From Pecten maximus (lineage: Eukaryota), in NCBI RefSeq assembly GCF_902652985.1, contig NC_047025.1:2976001-3040000 (forward strand): a DNA stretch of 64,000 nucleotides. Reading direction: 5' to 3'. Position numbers and translations under genes: made by a program. The notes beneath the pieces are model-generated. The model ran no database searches. It was not told the DNA's origin and saw nothing but the letters and a program-made list of their open reading frames with translations. This document shows positions 1 through 12,735 of the stretch, piece by piece; position 1 is the stretch's first letter; the number at the start of each line of letters is the position of its first letter.

Positions 1-358
1 ACTGTAAAGGTCGGGTGTTGGTTACGACCCTACCACTATAAAGGTCGGGTGTTGGTTACGACCCCATTACTGTAAAGGTCAGGTGTTGGTTATGACCCCA
101 CCACTGTAAAGGTTGGGTGTTGGTTACGACCCCACCACTGTAAAGGTCGGGTGTTGGTTACGACCCCATTACTGTAAGGTCGGGTGTTGGTTACGACCCC
201 ATTACTGTAAAGGTCAGGTGTTGGTTACGACCCCATCACTGTAAAGGTCGGGTGTTGGTTACGACCCCATTACTGTAAAGGTTGGGTGTTGGTTACGACC
301 CCACCACTGTAAAGCTCGGGTGTTGGTTATGACCCCACCCACATGTAAAGCTCAGGTG
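1..358. repeat. 34-bp minisatellite (actgtaaaggtcgggtgttggttacgaccccacc), ~10 copies, runs off the left edge
   Basis: Direct period-34 repetition; internal GGTCG...CGACC inverted repeat. Confidence 0.95.
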
Positions 359-3189
359 TTGCTATGTAGAGTTAGTAATTCACTCATTAATAGTGATAAA
401 GTGTTTGATATGAAAGGGAAGAGACATCAATATTGTACGAATTGGATTTATTTCGACATTATTAGCTTTTGACGATGTCTGAAATTTTGTGTGTAGCTCC
501 ATTTCCATCAGAGCAGGACACGGGGCTAACATTTTCTTACAAACATATATTTCTAACCATACTAGTATCTATATGTCACATTAACATCAGACAGGCATGC
601 ATCGTTACACCTTGCGATACTCGTGTGATGTCGTAATGGATTTTTCCATCCTTCTGTTCGGCTCATCCCTCAATGTATTTAACAAATATTTCGCTGTTAC
701 ATTAACCATCCCATAATTCTCTTATGTGAGGATAACATAGTTTGATTTGTGTGGCAGGTCTTCTGTGTGAACAGTAAATGACGTTAGCCATAGCAGTGGA
801 GGACTTTATGTCGCTGATTGATTGGGAGGTGACGCCCGAGTCCGTACAGTAATCGGGTGTAATGGCATTTACTTATAACTCGGCCTCGGCCTGTTGTAAA
901 ACATCCTTGTTCGGCGACATTTGATAGGATTTGTTCATAAATACTCGTCATATGAACCATATGAATTAAATATAGTGTAAGGCATATTCTCATTCTGACC
1001 GCTGACAGACCGATGGCTCTACTTCACCCGACGGAGGGTTTGACTATACAGACTCAAGAACCTTCCTGGTACTTCTCTCTACTCGTACAACAGCATGATT
1101 CTATAAACTGTATATCCATGCTTATTGTGTTATCATAATGAAAATGTGCTTTTCAGTTCCAGGACTTTTAATCATGTCCCTAAAATTAACGATTCAGTGA
1201 CTTGAAATAAGACTAATGTCTGCGGGGATTCCACTTAATGTAATATTCTACTAGTCTGAGAAAAATATCATAATACCAGGGATATTATAATAACTTGTCA
1301 AGCAATTATATATACATGTATACCCCAAGAACCGAAAGTCCGAATACCATCATTGTAAGAAGAGATTGAAAAACACGGAATAACACTACGAAAAATGTGT
1401 GTTACAACTGAAATGAATATGTGAACAATTTGGTGTTTTATCTAGAAGTTGATTACCAGTAATTTTGCATTTTGTCAGAATCACTACAATGTAAGTTTCA
1501 GCAAATTTCTACTTTCACTTTTATAGTCTCCTTCAGATATGACATTAAAATGAAGTCAGCGAGCAATTGTTATGTAATATTCAGTTGAACTAATGAATAC
1601 CGAATAAAAAGATGCACAAATTATCAGATTGATGATTTGTTGAGTTTCCGACTAAAATATCTAGATCTGTTACCATGCTCTTATAAATAGGATCATTAAC
1701 TTAAGGATATAAGAGTTTAAATTTGATATGACAAAACCACACACTATTTTTAACAGTGTTAGACAAGATTAGCTTAGAATTACAATTCTAGTTTCTTGTC
1801 TCTGATTGAAATGTACAAAGTTGATTAGTTCAACTATTTGTTTAGTTGATTATTTCCATGTACCTGGTAAACAACAAGTTTTTTGTTATAAAGTAAAACT
1901 ACTGGTGAGCGATGCAGGCCCTCTGGGCCTCTTGTTATATAAAACTTAATCCTGGAAATGAATTAAGCAACAGTATTCCTGTGAATACTTTAGAGTAGAA
2001 AATTACTTCCTGAAGAAGTGTAATCATTGTTCGTAAATCATAGAGAAAACTCAACTGCCGGAAAATGGATGTGAAATCTGTATACTCGGTGTTGTATATC
2101 TGTCTGGGAAACCTTATTTGGGAAATGTTTATTATCTCCGGGATCAAGTGGTTGGCTTAAAGGGACAATGCAATTGAAACATTTGATGTGAATGTCTCAT
2201 AATGGACAGAATTGTGATAAAATTATATTGTTGAGAAAGTACATAGCTTCTGTCTGGTTTAATCAACAACCAATCATGTTGATAACTAAATAAATGTACT
2301 TTCAAAATGTGAGAATTTTTGGTATTGTAAACAGTTCATAGAGTTAACCAACATATCACTTCATTTTATTCATTCCACTTTCTTCATTACCTTTTATTGA
2401 TTCTTCATTTATGGAAATTTTAAAAGCTGAGGTTTTGGAATTGTCATATGATTTCCCCAAAGTTGTTGATACTAAGATTAAAGTTTGATTAAAACATATC
2501 CTCAGCCGTACCCGCAGAACTATCGTGAAATATCACTCCCTTAAAAAATTATATGTGATGGGGAAAACATACATGATCAGTAGATGATGAAGAGCATGGA
2601 TTTTATGATGGCAGCAGCCGTACCAGGCACTGAAAACAAAGAATAAGAAAGTCCATTATTGTTATTGCTTAACATGTGCTTCAATAAATTCTGTACCAGC
2701 CGTCAAGGAGTTTCCTATTTAATGTTATCAGTTATGACTATTGTGACAGAAATGTTCAAGCGTCGTAGAGTTTGATCAATGTTATAACAGTTATTGCATT
2801 ATTTGTATAAAACACTCGTCTGGGGCAGGTGGCTGTCACAGTGATGCTGAGACAACAGAAAAAACAACAATTAAAAAGTAATTATTGGTATAGCCAAGTT
2901 ATCATTAGGGCGTAAGAGTTGTACCTCCTACTCTGTTTGCATTATCGTAGGAGGCAGCTAAATTTGGGCTCTTATCTTTTTTCTCTTTCTTATACAACTT
3001 TCTCTAATCTGATGTCTCCCTTGACATTGCCTTACTTTTGGCATTTGGTGAAGTGTTTGCCCTGTGATGAAGGCTTTGTTTTATGGCCCCTGAGCAAGAA
3101 AAGTCTCTAAAAATGGTAGCTTCTATTCTGCCTAATGCTCAGCAGGAGTGGGATGACTGGTTCGCTTATCGTCTGCATGATTGAGTATA

Positions 3190-3695
3190 ATGTAACAGAA
3201 TGGAGTGTCCTGCTGGGTGTCTTCAGCATGTGACAGGATGGGGTGTCCTGCTGGGTGTTTTCAGCATGTGACAGGATGGTGTGTGTCCTGCTGGGTGTCT
3301 TCAGCATGTGACAGGATGGTGTGTGTCCTGCTTGGTATCTTCAGCATGTGACAGGGTGGAGTGTCCTGCTGGGTGTCTTCATCATGTGACAGGGTGGGGT
3401 GTCCTGCTGGGTGACTTGAGCATGTGACAGGGTGGAGTGTCTAGCTTGATGTCTTCACTATGTGACAGGGTGGGGTGTTCTGCTGGGTGTCTTGAGCATG
3501 TGACAGGGTGGGGTGTCCTGCTGGGTGTCTTGAGCATGTGACAGGGTGGGGTGCCCTGCTGGGTGTCTTGAGCATGTGACAGGGTGGGGTGTCCTGCTGG
3601 GTGTCTTGAGCATGTGACAGGGTGGGGTGTCCTGCTGGGTGTCTTCAGCATGTGACAGGATGGGGTGTCTTGCTCTTTCTGGGTGACTTTAGCAA
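3190..3695. repeat. 38-bp minisatellite (tgctgggtgtcttgagcatgtgacagggtggggtgtcc), ~13 copies
   Basis: Period 38 (3481 vs 3519); source of ORFs 3107-3651. Confidence 0.95.
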
Positions 3696-4106
3696 CATGC
3701 TTATCAGTTCAATGCTATCACTATGAGGCAAACATACTGCAACCTTCGAAAACACACACATACACTACACATAGTATATACAGCTAACATACGTACAGGG
3801 GAGGCCGTCCTTAAATGCCATAGCTGCTGGACATTAAACAAAACACAACTAAACTAAAACCAAAATCAGTTGAGGGATTCAGGCTTAAGTACAATGAAAA
3901 AACGTCAAGCCTTTTGACAGACATTTTCTTTTAAACTGCATTCAACTACATGTAGGTGATGCAAATAACATTTCAACACAAAATAGTATATAACACTATG
4001 TGTATATGGCATTGAACGGGCGTGTTATCATATTGTTCCGCACCATGGTTACTCTTGTTGTTTCGTGTATAACATTGGGGAAGTTCAAGTATAATCAATG
4101 ATGTAT

Positions 4107-4530
4107 GAATCTTGATACAGACTATAGCTGCTTTGTAAATTGATGAGGCCATTAAAAATTGATATAAGAATCTTGATAAGACTATAGCTGTTTTGTATAT
4201 TGATGAGGCCATTAAAAAGAATCTTGATACAGACTATAGCTGTTTGGTATACTGATGAGGCCATTATAAAGAATCTTGATACAGACTATAGCTGTTTGGT
4301 ATACTGATGAGGCCATTAAAAGAATCTTGATACAGACTATAGCTGTTTGGTATATTGATGAGGCTATTAAAAAGAATCTTGATACAGACTATAGCTGTTT
4401 GGTATATTGATGAGGTCATTAAAAAGAATCTTGATACAGACTATAGCTGTTTGGTATATTGATGAGGCTATTAAAAAGAATCTTGATTCAGATTATTGCT
4501 GTTTTGTATATTGATGAGGCCGTTAAAAAA
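4107..4530. repeat. ~52-bp minisatellite (aagaatcttgatacagactatagctgtttggtatattgatgaggccattaaa), ~8 copies
   Basis: Period 51-52 (4201 vs 4253). Confidence 0.93.
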
Positions 4531-4710
4531 CTTAATATATTGACAAAGTACATTCATTGTGTTGATGAAAAGTTCATGGCTTTACACAAAGCTGTAAACA
4601 GCACAATAAATAAATGCACAAAATCAACACAAAGTTTATGATATTGTCATACAATTTACTCAAGCTCAAATTTAATAAATATGTTATTTTAACTTCAGCA
4701 TGGATACAAT

Positions 4711-5890
4711 TACTGAACACTGATAAGTAATTTGTCATTTGTGGTGTGGATACATACTGAACACTGATAAGTAATTTGTCCTTTGTGGTGTAGATACATA
4801 CTGGACACTGATAAGTAATTTGTCCTTTGTGATGTAGATACATACTGGACACTGATAAGTAATTTGTCCTTTGTGGTGTAGATACATACTGAACACTGAT
4901 AAGTAATTTGTCCTTTGTGGTGTAGATACATGCTGGACATGTACACTGATAAGTAATTTGTCCTTTGTGGTGTGGATATATACTGAACACTGATAAGTAA
5001 TTTGTCCTTTGTGGTGTAGATACATACTGGACACTGATAAGTAATTTGTCCTTTGTGGCGTGGATACTATTACTGAACACTGATAAGTAATTATATATAA
5101 TTTGTCCTTTGTGGTGTGGATACATACTGAACACTGATAAGTCATTTGTCCTTTGTGGTGTAGATACATACTGTACACTGATAAGTCATTTGTCCTTTGT
5201 GGTGTAGATACATACTGGACACTGATAAGTCATTTGTCCTTTGTGGTGTAGATACATACTGGACACTGATAAGTAATTTGTCCTTTGTGGTGTAGATAGT
5301 AGATACATACTGGACACTGATAAGTAATTTGTCCTTTGTGGTGTAGATACATACTGGACACTGATAAGTAATTTGTCCTTTGTGGTGTAGATACATACTG
5401 GACACTGATAAGTAATTTGTCCTTTGTGGTGTAGATACATACTGGACACTGATAAGTAATTTGTCCTTTGTGGTGTAGATAGTAGATACATACTGGACAC
5501 TGATAAGTAATTTGTCCTTTGTGGTGTAGATACATACTGGACACTGATAAGTAATTTGTCCTTTGTGGTGTAGATACATACTGGACACTGATAAGTAATT
5601 TGTCCTTTGTGGTGTAGATACATACTGGACACTGATAAGTAATTTGTCCTTTGTGGTGTAGATAGTAGATACATACTGGACACTGATAAGTAATTTGTCC
5701 TTTGTGGTGTAGATACATACTGAACACTGATAAGTAATTTGTCCTTTGTGGTGTAGATACATACTGGACACTGATAAGTAATTTGTCCTTTGTGGTGTAG
5801 ATACATACTGAACACTGATAAGCAATTTGTCCTATAACCTGTGGTGATGTGGATACATATTTAACACTGATAACCAATTTGTCCTTTTAC
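4711..5890. repeat. 44-bp minisatellite (actgataagtaatttgtcctttgtggtgtagatacatactggac), ~26 copies, with a 183-bp higher-order repeat
   Basis: Period 44; a 7-bp insertion variant recurs at 5291, 5474 and 5657 (spacing 183 = 4x44+7). Confidence 0.95.
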
Positions 5891-5954
5891 CTACACATGG
5901 ATATAATTATACGAGTTTAAAGATATTCAGTGAAACAGTTTCACCACAGTGTTT

Positions 5955-7133
5955 TCAGAGGAAGGTGCTTTCTGTGTCGTAGATTTTGCCGTTGCCGTTG
6001 GGTTTTTGCACACCGCCTCCCCGACTATTCATTGTACTTTCATACATGACATATCGGTACTGATTCTTATTTTTCTTGCATGGAATAAACATTTTAACGA
6101 AAACGCGACGGAAACGTTTACCGAACAGACAGTATATAACAAAGTTGATGGCAGAGTTGATCACGACCATCAGATTGCTCAAAGTCGTGAATCGGATGTA
6201 GTGAAGCGAACAGTTTAATACGGTCACGTCAAAAATAGTCCACAGGATGTTGTCAATTACCGATGGCAACTGACACACAAGGAACACCATGACAACAGCA
6301 ATCAACATTATAGTAAGGTTTGGCTCCTTGGGGGAAACTTTGGGTGTTTTTGAGTTTCCCACGCTCATCTGGCGTCGATTCAATTGTGCCACTTTGACTG
6401 CACGGATAAGCTGGAGGTTAAGAACAGCTAGGAAGGAGAATGGAAGCAAGAACATGATGAAAAGTTGTAAGTAGATAAAGTATACCTCCCGGTAGGCTTT
6501 ACTTGTCCCCAGCTCCGTTTGTTGGATGTGAGGCTCCGTACGATTGTAGTAATCGTTCCAGACTTCGGTGGTCTCCGACTCAAGGAACCTTGGTATGTTG
6601 TATATCACACAACACAGAAATATCAACACTATGACGCGCTTTGTTCGCGACCTGGTGCAGGTATTGGCAGCCTGAAGAGGGTGACAAACGGCGATGTAGC
6701 GCTCAACTGTGAACGCCAGGGTGGTGTAGATAGTGCCAGTCTGGGCGACAAGTGCGATAGGGTAGCAGAACGGATGCATGTACTTGTAGGCGTAGTAATA
6801 ATCTTTGAGAAATCCCTTCTCTAGGTATAGCGTGGGAAGGGCGAGAAACAAGCACATGGACAGCAACACTCCAGTGTCATAGACGGCCAATGATATCAGG
6901 TAGATTGATGTTGAGCTGTCCATCATCCGATGTCGCAAGACCAGTATGGACAAGACATTTCCCACAATGCCATACACCGTTATTATATTCGCTAGGACAC
7001 CCCAGGTGTAGAATTGAAATGTAATGGATGATTCAGTGTCGCAGTCATATTGACCCCCAATGTTTTCTGACCTGTTGAGGTCAAAGATCACCGTTGTGTT
7101 GTAATCTAGGTCAGTTAACCCATTGTCGTCCAT
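5955..7133 (-). CDS. Class A (rhodopsin-like) neuropeptide GPCR, FMRFamide-receptor-like, 392 aa, single coding exon
   Basis: Seven hydrophobic segments with family motifs: GIVGNVLSILVL (TM1), IYLISLAVYD (TM2), TVERYIAVCHPL (ERY, TM3), YNIPRF (TM4), FLLPF (TM5), VFLVCQLP (TM6), NSAINFVIY..FGKRFR (TM7/H8). N-terminal NTT/NRS sequons. The likely start is the ATG at 7133 (MDDNG). The ORF track's 7178 start is a TTG lying in the polypyrimidine tract of an intron acceptor. Confidence 0.93.
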   Translation of the reverse strand: MDDNGLTDLDYNTTVIFDLNRSENIGGQYDCDTESSITFQFYTWGVLANIITVYGIVGNVLSILVLRHRMMDSSTSIYLISLAVYDTGVLLSMCLFLALPTLYLEKGFLKDYYYAYKYMHPFCYPIALVAQTGTIYTTLAFTVERYIAVCHPLQAANTCTRSRTKRVIVLIFLCCVIYNIPRFLESETTEVWNDYYNRTEPHIQQTELGTSKAYREVYFIYLQLFIMFLLPFSFLAVLNLQLIRAVKVAQLNRRQMSVGNSKTPKVSPKEPNLTIMLIAVVMVFLVCQLPSVIDNILWTIFDVTVLNCSLHYIRFTTLSNLMVVINSAINFVIYCLFGKRFRRVFVKMFIPCKKNKNQYRYVMYESTMNSRGGGVQKPNGNGKIYDTESTFL

Positions 7134-7163
7134 GTTGGTTTGTTTGGACACCCAGGTTACCAA

Positions 7164-7190
7164 TCTGTAAAAATCCAAAAGGAGAGAAAA
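7164..7190 (-). other. 3' splice acceptor of the GPCR 5'UTR intron
   Basis: The minus strand reads ttttctctccttttggatttttacAG|ATTGG. The exon begins at 7164, 31 nt before the ATG, which implies a non-coding (or short) upstream exon at higher coordinates. Confidence 0.75.
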
Positions 7191-7869
7191 TTGTCACTGC
7201 TCACACACATATGTACAGTAGGGATTGTTTGGATCCATTTAATCATTAATGCATGTATAGAACTTTTGTGATTTCCAAACCTGAATAAGGAGGTGAAGAG
7301 CCAGTAAATGTATGCTATTAGGCTATTATTAATGTCAATTCAGGTCGTAAAAACACGGTAAAATCATGCATGTTACAAATAAGTTTGTTGACTTGCTCTA
7401 TTGCCGTTGTTATCATGAACACTTCTAAGTTTCCAAATCTGCACGCCTACTTTATCAGAATAATAAGCACTACATCAACAGTGTCAGAAGAACCTGGGAA
7501 AACCCTCAATTTAAGATTTCTAGGGAATGGTTCTCAACAGCGAAATTTGATTCTTAATCTCCATTAAATGGTGATGACATGAAAAGCCATTGGGATGTTG
7601 TAATCATTTAGCATTATACCGAAGCCTTATTGGTTTCCCATAATAAGGCCCGCTGTCAGGCAATACAATACAATTAGCCCTGGGAGCAGGATCATTGTTA
7701 ATAATAACATTGTCACAAAGTGCTGTAATCACTCGTTAAAATAACCTGCCAGTTTAAAATTATTTTGAATTCCTTTTATTTTTTGTCTGATGATAAACTG
7801 GGTGATAATGTGTGATTACTTTCAAACTTAATCTTGTCTATAACCTTTATTAAACTAGCTGGTCTTAAT

Positions 7870-8460
7870 TTTGTTAATCTGGTTTGTGACCTTTGTTAAT
7901 CTGGTCTGTGACCTTTGTTAATCAGGTCTGTGACCTTTGTTAATCTGGCCATGACCTGTGTTAATCTGGTTTGTGCCCAGTGTTAATCTGGCCATGATCT
8001 TTGTTAATCTGGCCATGACCTTTGCTAATCTGGCCATGACCTTTGTTAATCAGGTCTGTGACCTTTGTTAATCTGGTTTGTGCCCAGTGTTAATCTGGCC
8101 ATGACCTTTGTTAATCTGGCCATGACCTTTGTTAATCTAGCCATGACCTTTGCTAATCTGGCCATGACCTTTGTTTATCTGGTCCGTGACCTTTGTTAAT
8201 CTCAGGTCTGTGACCTTTGTTAATCTGGCCATGACCTTTGTTAATCTGGTCTGGGACATTTGTTAATGAGGCCATGGCCTTTGTTAATCTGGTCTGTGCA
8301 CAGTGTTAATCTGGCCATGACCTTTGTTAATCTGGTCTGTAACCTTTGTTAATCCAGCACGTGACTTTTGTTCAACTGGTTTGTTTGAAATTTGTTGATC
8401 TGACCTTTTTGAATATAGCTTAAGTGACCTTTGCTAATATTAACAGTGACATTTGTTAAA
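7870..8460. repeat. 21-23-bp minisatellite (tgacctttgttaatctggcca / tgacctttgttaatctggtctg)
   Basis: Direct repetition with a degenerate right edge. Confidence 0.9.
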
Positions 8461-10719
8461 AGTTTTTACTCTTAACTGGTAAACATTTTATTATGACAAA
8501 GTATGCAAAGTTGTGGAAGGTCAAAATCTTTGGATCAAAGGTCAAGGTCACTGGGTCAAATGTCAAGGTCAAATTTTGTATCTTTCGCTAGGTCAAATGT
8601 CAAGGTCAAATTTTGTATCTTTTATACTGATTAACTTTCTGTTATAACATTTTGAAGCAGAATCTGTCAAAATGAAATAAGGAGTCACCTGAGGAAAGGT
8701 CAAATTTTGTATTTTTTTACCAGGGTTTTTTCTAAAGTTTTTGTCCCAGGTGCAAGATCAAATGAATTGGTAATGCTGTCAAATGTGAAATGGCGAATAA
8801 TCGGGCAAAATGAATAATTTGTAGATTTTTCAGTTTCTCTTAAAAAATTATTTATTTAAATTTTACCTGTTATTTTGAGAAATTGTGTTCTTTGAAATTC
8901 GATTTTTTTTCTCATAGCCTAGGACTAGCACATAGTTAAAACTTTAGTACATCTAGATGTATAGCTTATAGTACAGGCTTGTTAAAAATTCAAATAGTCA
9001 GAATGAATTTTTACTAGTTTATTATACTACTGTATATCAAATATGTAGCTAAACAAAACTTTGATTTAATTTTGAATTCAATTACCTACCTAAACCTAAT
9101 TTAGTGTGAAAAGAGAGAGAAAATAATCTAATTCAATAAGCATACTAATGACCAACACTAAAAATGGTAACAGTGACCTTGACCTTGACCCTAAAATACT
9201 GAAACTTAATGACCTTGTCTGAGAAATTATGGTCTTTTTATCTTCTGGGAAGTTTGATTTTTATCTTCTGGGAAGTTTGATCTTAATCTCGGTGAAGCGT
9301 CTCATACATACAAGATGGATGGATAGAGAAAACCTAATGTCCACTAAAAGGGGACAAATAGAAATAGAAAAATAAATTTTAAATTCTGGATTCTATCTTT
9401 GGATGTTGGTCCTTTTAGAAAACAAACTTGGTAAGAATGGCATCATTTTTGAAGGATATGTCAACTTCAGTACTTTACCAAAAAATCCTACATGAAAAAA
9501 AATATATTGAATGGGTGACAAAGATTTCTACAGTGATGGTTATTTATCACTTTCCAAGTGATACATGCTGTATATTTTTTTTTCTTCTGCCTTGATCACG
9601 GTCAAGCAACACAACAACTGTTACTAAAAATAGCGATGTTTTACGACCTCATTGCAACAGAAAAAACCTGATAATATTCTGATGTACACTTTGGAAATTA
9701 AATTTTGAAAGGATTTAAATATTCTTTTTACAAGTTTTCTTAATTTTCACATTGAGCATAATTAAATGTACATCTTGCAAAAGCAACCATCCAATTTGGA
9801 AGTTTTCGATTTATATTATATCATTGGCAAATTTGATATTTTAGCAAGATTTTCAGACATGAATATGTTTGGTTCATTATTCAGCACCTGTTTCTACTGT
9901 AGGGAAATATCTAATGAACATTTTATAAAGAAATTATGAAGCAAATATGGTCAAAACTAAACAAGAAGTCAGCTTTTCAAAGATCAAGGTCACTGGGTCA
10001 AAGGTAAAGGACATTTGGTTCCAAAGGTCAAGAAGTACAATGAACGATTTTTTTACTATGACCCTGATTCTTGGTGGGGGAGGTGTTTAGAATTTAAATA
10101 AAATAAATTAAATCTAACAATTAGAGTTTGATACTGGTATTTTCATTTCTGTTAGCACAGCCGGATCTGATGTGTATGATGTAAATTTTGCTCCTTTGCC
10201 TCACGACGGGGTCCTTGACGACTATCATTGTCTGCTCATCTGGCCAGTGACTATATTGTTAAGGTTAATCTTGCCAGTTACCAGTTGCTATGGCAACATT
10301 TTTTTTCTTATAATTTTGGAAACAAAATGAATAATTATGAAAAAAGTTTTCAATTAATTACACCTAATGTATAGTGACTGATTTTGCTGATAAAATAATG
10401 TTTATTGTAGATAATGTTAAATGTTTCACAAAAGTTTGACGAATTGTCAGCTGAGTTCTAGGTGAATTTGTTATAACTCGGGCAATATTTGTATTTATAG
10501 GAGTATAATCATCTAAAATAGACTATTTTATAACATATGAATAATTAATTGCTCATTTTAAGATGTATATAAAAATTGCATCTAATACAAAACAAATGAA
10601 AATGAAAAAAGCCCTGAATTGAAAGAAAAAAATCTGATCTTACCTGTTAAGAAAAATTGATGTCTCTGCAGATCACAATTAAATGTTAAGATGGCATATT
10701 CCTCACAGAGTAGTGACAC

Positions 10720-11310
10720 AAATTTTGTAAGTAGGCTCCTGTAAGTCTAGACACAGTTTGAGTGAGCTGCTCTGAGTCTAAAAGACACTTTGAATGAGCT
10801 CCAGTTAACCTTAAGACACATTCAGTGAGCTTCTATAAGCCTAGGCTTTATAAGCAATGTCCTGTAAATCTATCCAAATCTGGTGAGCTTCCATGAGTCT
10901 AGAGACACTTTGAGTGAGCTCTTGTGAGCCTAGTGACACATTTTGTGTGCTAGGTACTTTATGATTGAGCTCATCATATTATATAATGAGCCTGGAGACT
11001 TTTGTAAGCGAGCTCAGATTTTATGTGCAAGTTTCTATACCTGTAAATCTAGAGACACTTTGAGTCATCTCCTGTGAGTCTAAAAACACTTTGTGTGAGT
11101 TTCTGTATTCCTGTGAGTCTAGTAACACTTTGAGTGAGCTCCTGTACCTGTAAGCCTGGAGACACTAAGTGAGTTCCTTGAGTCTAGTAACACTTTGAGT
11201 TCCTGTATTCCTGTGAGTCTGAAGACACTAAGTGAGTTCCTTGAGTCTAGTTAAACTTTGAGTGAGCCCCTGTACCTGTATCTCTGGAGACAGTGAGTTC
11301 TTGTGAGCAT
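10720..11310. repeat. Degenerate ~31-bp tandem repeat (gagacactttgagtgagctcctgtgagtcta)
   Basis: Recurrent gacactttgagtgagct and ctgtgagtcta motifs. Confidence 0.75.
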
Positions 11311-11919
11311 GTAAAGTTGCTCTCTTGTCATGACAGCTCCTCTGGAACAACCCTACCACATCTCACTAAGCTGTCCACCAGCTCCTAATTCACGACCCTA
11401 CCACATCTCAGTAAGTTTGTGTATGCTCCAATCTGATATAAAGTTTGCTAGGTATGATATTAAGGGCACTGACCAAATCCTGGCAAATCTTACTGACCAG
11501 TCTTACTGACCAATCACAGTGCTGTGCCTTGCCTTAACAGCTGTCAAATGACAACAAGCTCTCTTGTAATATTGATCGGATCAGGGCCAGTAAGTGTAGA
11601 AGTGTGTCCTTATTGCCTTCCAATGCGCTACATTGAGATATTTGTGTATCCTCCCTCCTCTCTATCTGTTATTATTATTGGCCTAACCTCTATGTATCGT
11701 AGGGATTGGTCCGTAGGGTTGCTGGGTCAGAGTTGGGTGCTAAGAGATAACAAGCAACTTTAACAACAGTGATACATTGTATTGCCGTTCATTCACACTT
11801 TCCTATCAATGAAAAAAATTGTTTATTTACTATTAGTTGGTACTGACAGAACATCGATGAACAAATAGTTATTAGAGCCCCCGCATCTCACAATGTCCAA
11901 TTCTCTATATAGTAATCAG

Positions 11920-12735
11920 GCTGTCTGTCTGTCCAAATACATTTTTGACTTTTTCTCAATAACCAAACTAGCTATATATACAGAGGCCCATGATATTAGA
12001 CTAATAACATGCTTGGATGAATGGCTACCAAGTTTGTTCAAATAAATGACCTTGACATACTTTGAAGGTTACAGGGGTCAACTGTGTTAAACTCTTTAAA
12101 CATAAGTTCTTCTCTATAACCATGTGACCCAGAGTCATGATATTGTGCTAGTAGCGATGGCTGGGATGAAGTACTGCCAAATTTGTTCAAATGAAAAATC
12201 TTGACCTTTAATATATTGGTTTAAAGTCAGAGGGGTCAAATGTGTTCAAATGTTTAAAAAAGTTCTTCTCAATAATGAAGCGACCCAGAGTCATGATATT
12301 GTGCCAGTAGCGATGGTTTGGATGAAGGGCTATCAAATTTGTTAAATTAACCTTGACATGTACTTTCAAGGTCATAGGGGTCAAGTTTCCTTCTTCTTCC
12401 CTATAACTAATGGGCTTTAGAGTATTGATATTAAGCTAACATCATGCTGGGATGAATGGCAGCACAATTTGTACAAATTGATGACCTTGACCTACTTTCA
12501 AGTTAAAAGGATTCAAATGTGTTGAAATATTTAATTGTCGTCTTCACAATAACCATTAAAAGGCCTATAGGGTCATGATATTGGGCAATTTACATACTGG
12601 GTTGGATGGCTACTGAAATAATTCAAATAAACAAACCTTGATACACTAAAGTCACAGAGGGGAATTTGTGTTAAATCTAAGTTTAAAAGCAGAATATCAG
12701 AACTGAGGTGACATCACCTGAAGGCCCATTAGGCA
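11920..12735 (+). mobile_element. Degraded Helentron-associated (HINE/DINE-like) element with ~5 internal ~130-155-bp tandem units
   Basis: 5' (ctgt)n microsatellite. Units contain gctgggatga..ggctaccaagtttgttcaaat..tgaccttgac..aggggtcaa. 3' remnant aggccca-hairpin. The same unit occurs in the element at 40707. Confidence 0.6.

Noticed and set aside
1009-1068. Possible 60-nt exon in a GC-richer patch (gacAG|ACCGATGG...CCTG|GTACTT)
   Set aside because: The splice signals are weak and no homology was recognised.
4574-5877. Cys/His-rich ORFs (YQCPVCIY..HHK) resembling zinc fingers
   Set aside because: All three frames give the same permuted peptide from a 44-bp (non-triplet) repeat, with no C2H2 spacing.
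5949-6824. + strand ORFs overlapping the GPCR
   Set aside because: They are antisense shadows of the GPCR coding sequence.
7134-7178. N-terminal extension MDFYRLVTWVSKQTN of the GPCR ORF
   Set aside because: It starts at a TTG within the intron polypyrimidine tract, upstream of the acceptor at 7164.
10156-10263. Possible phase-2/phase-2 LRRCC1 exon (TAGSDVYDVNFAPLPHDGVLDDYHCLLIWPVTILL)
   Set aside because: It has AG/GT ends and a compatible phase, but there is no recognisable LRRCC1 similarity and the composition is atypical; it needs RNA-seq.
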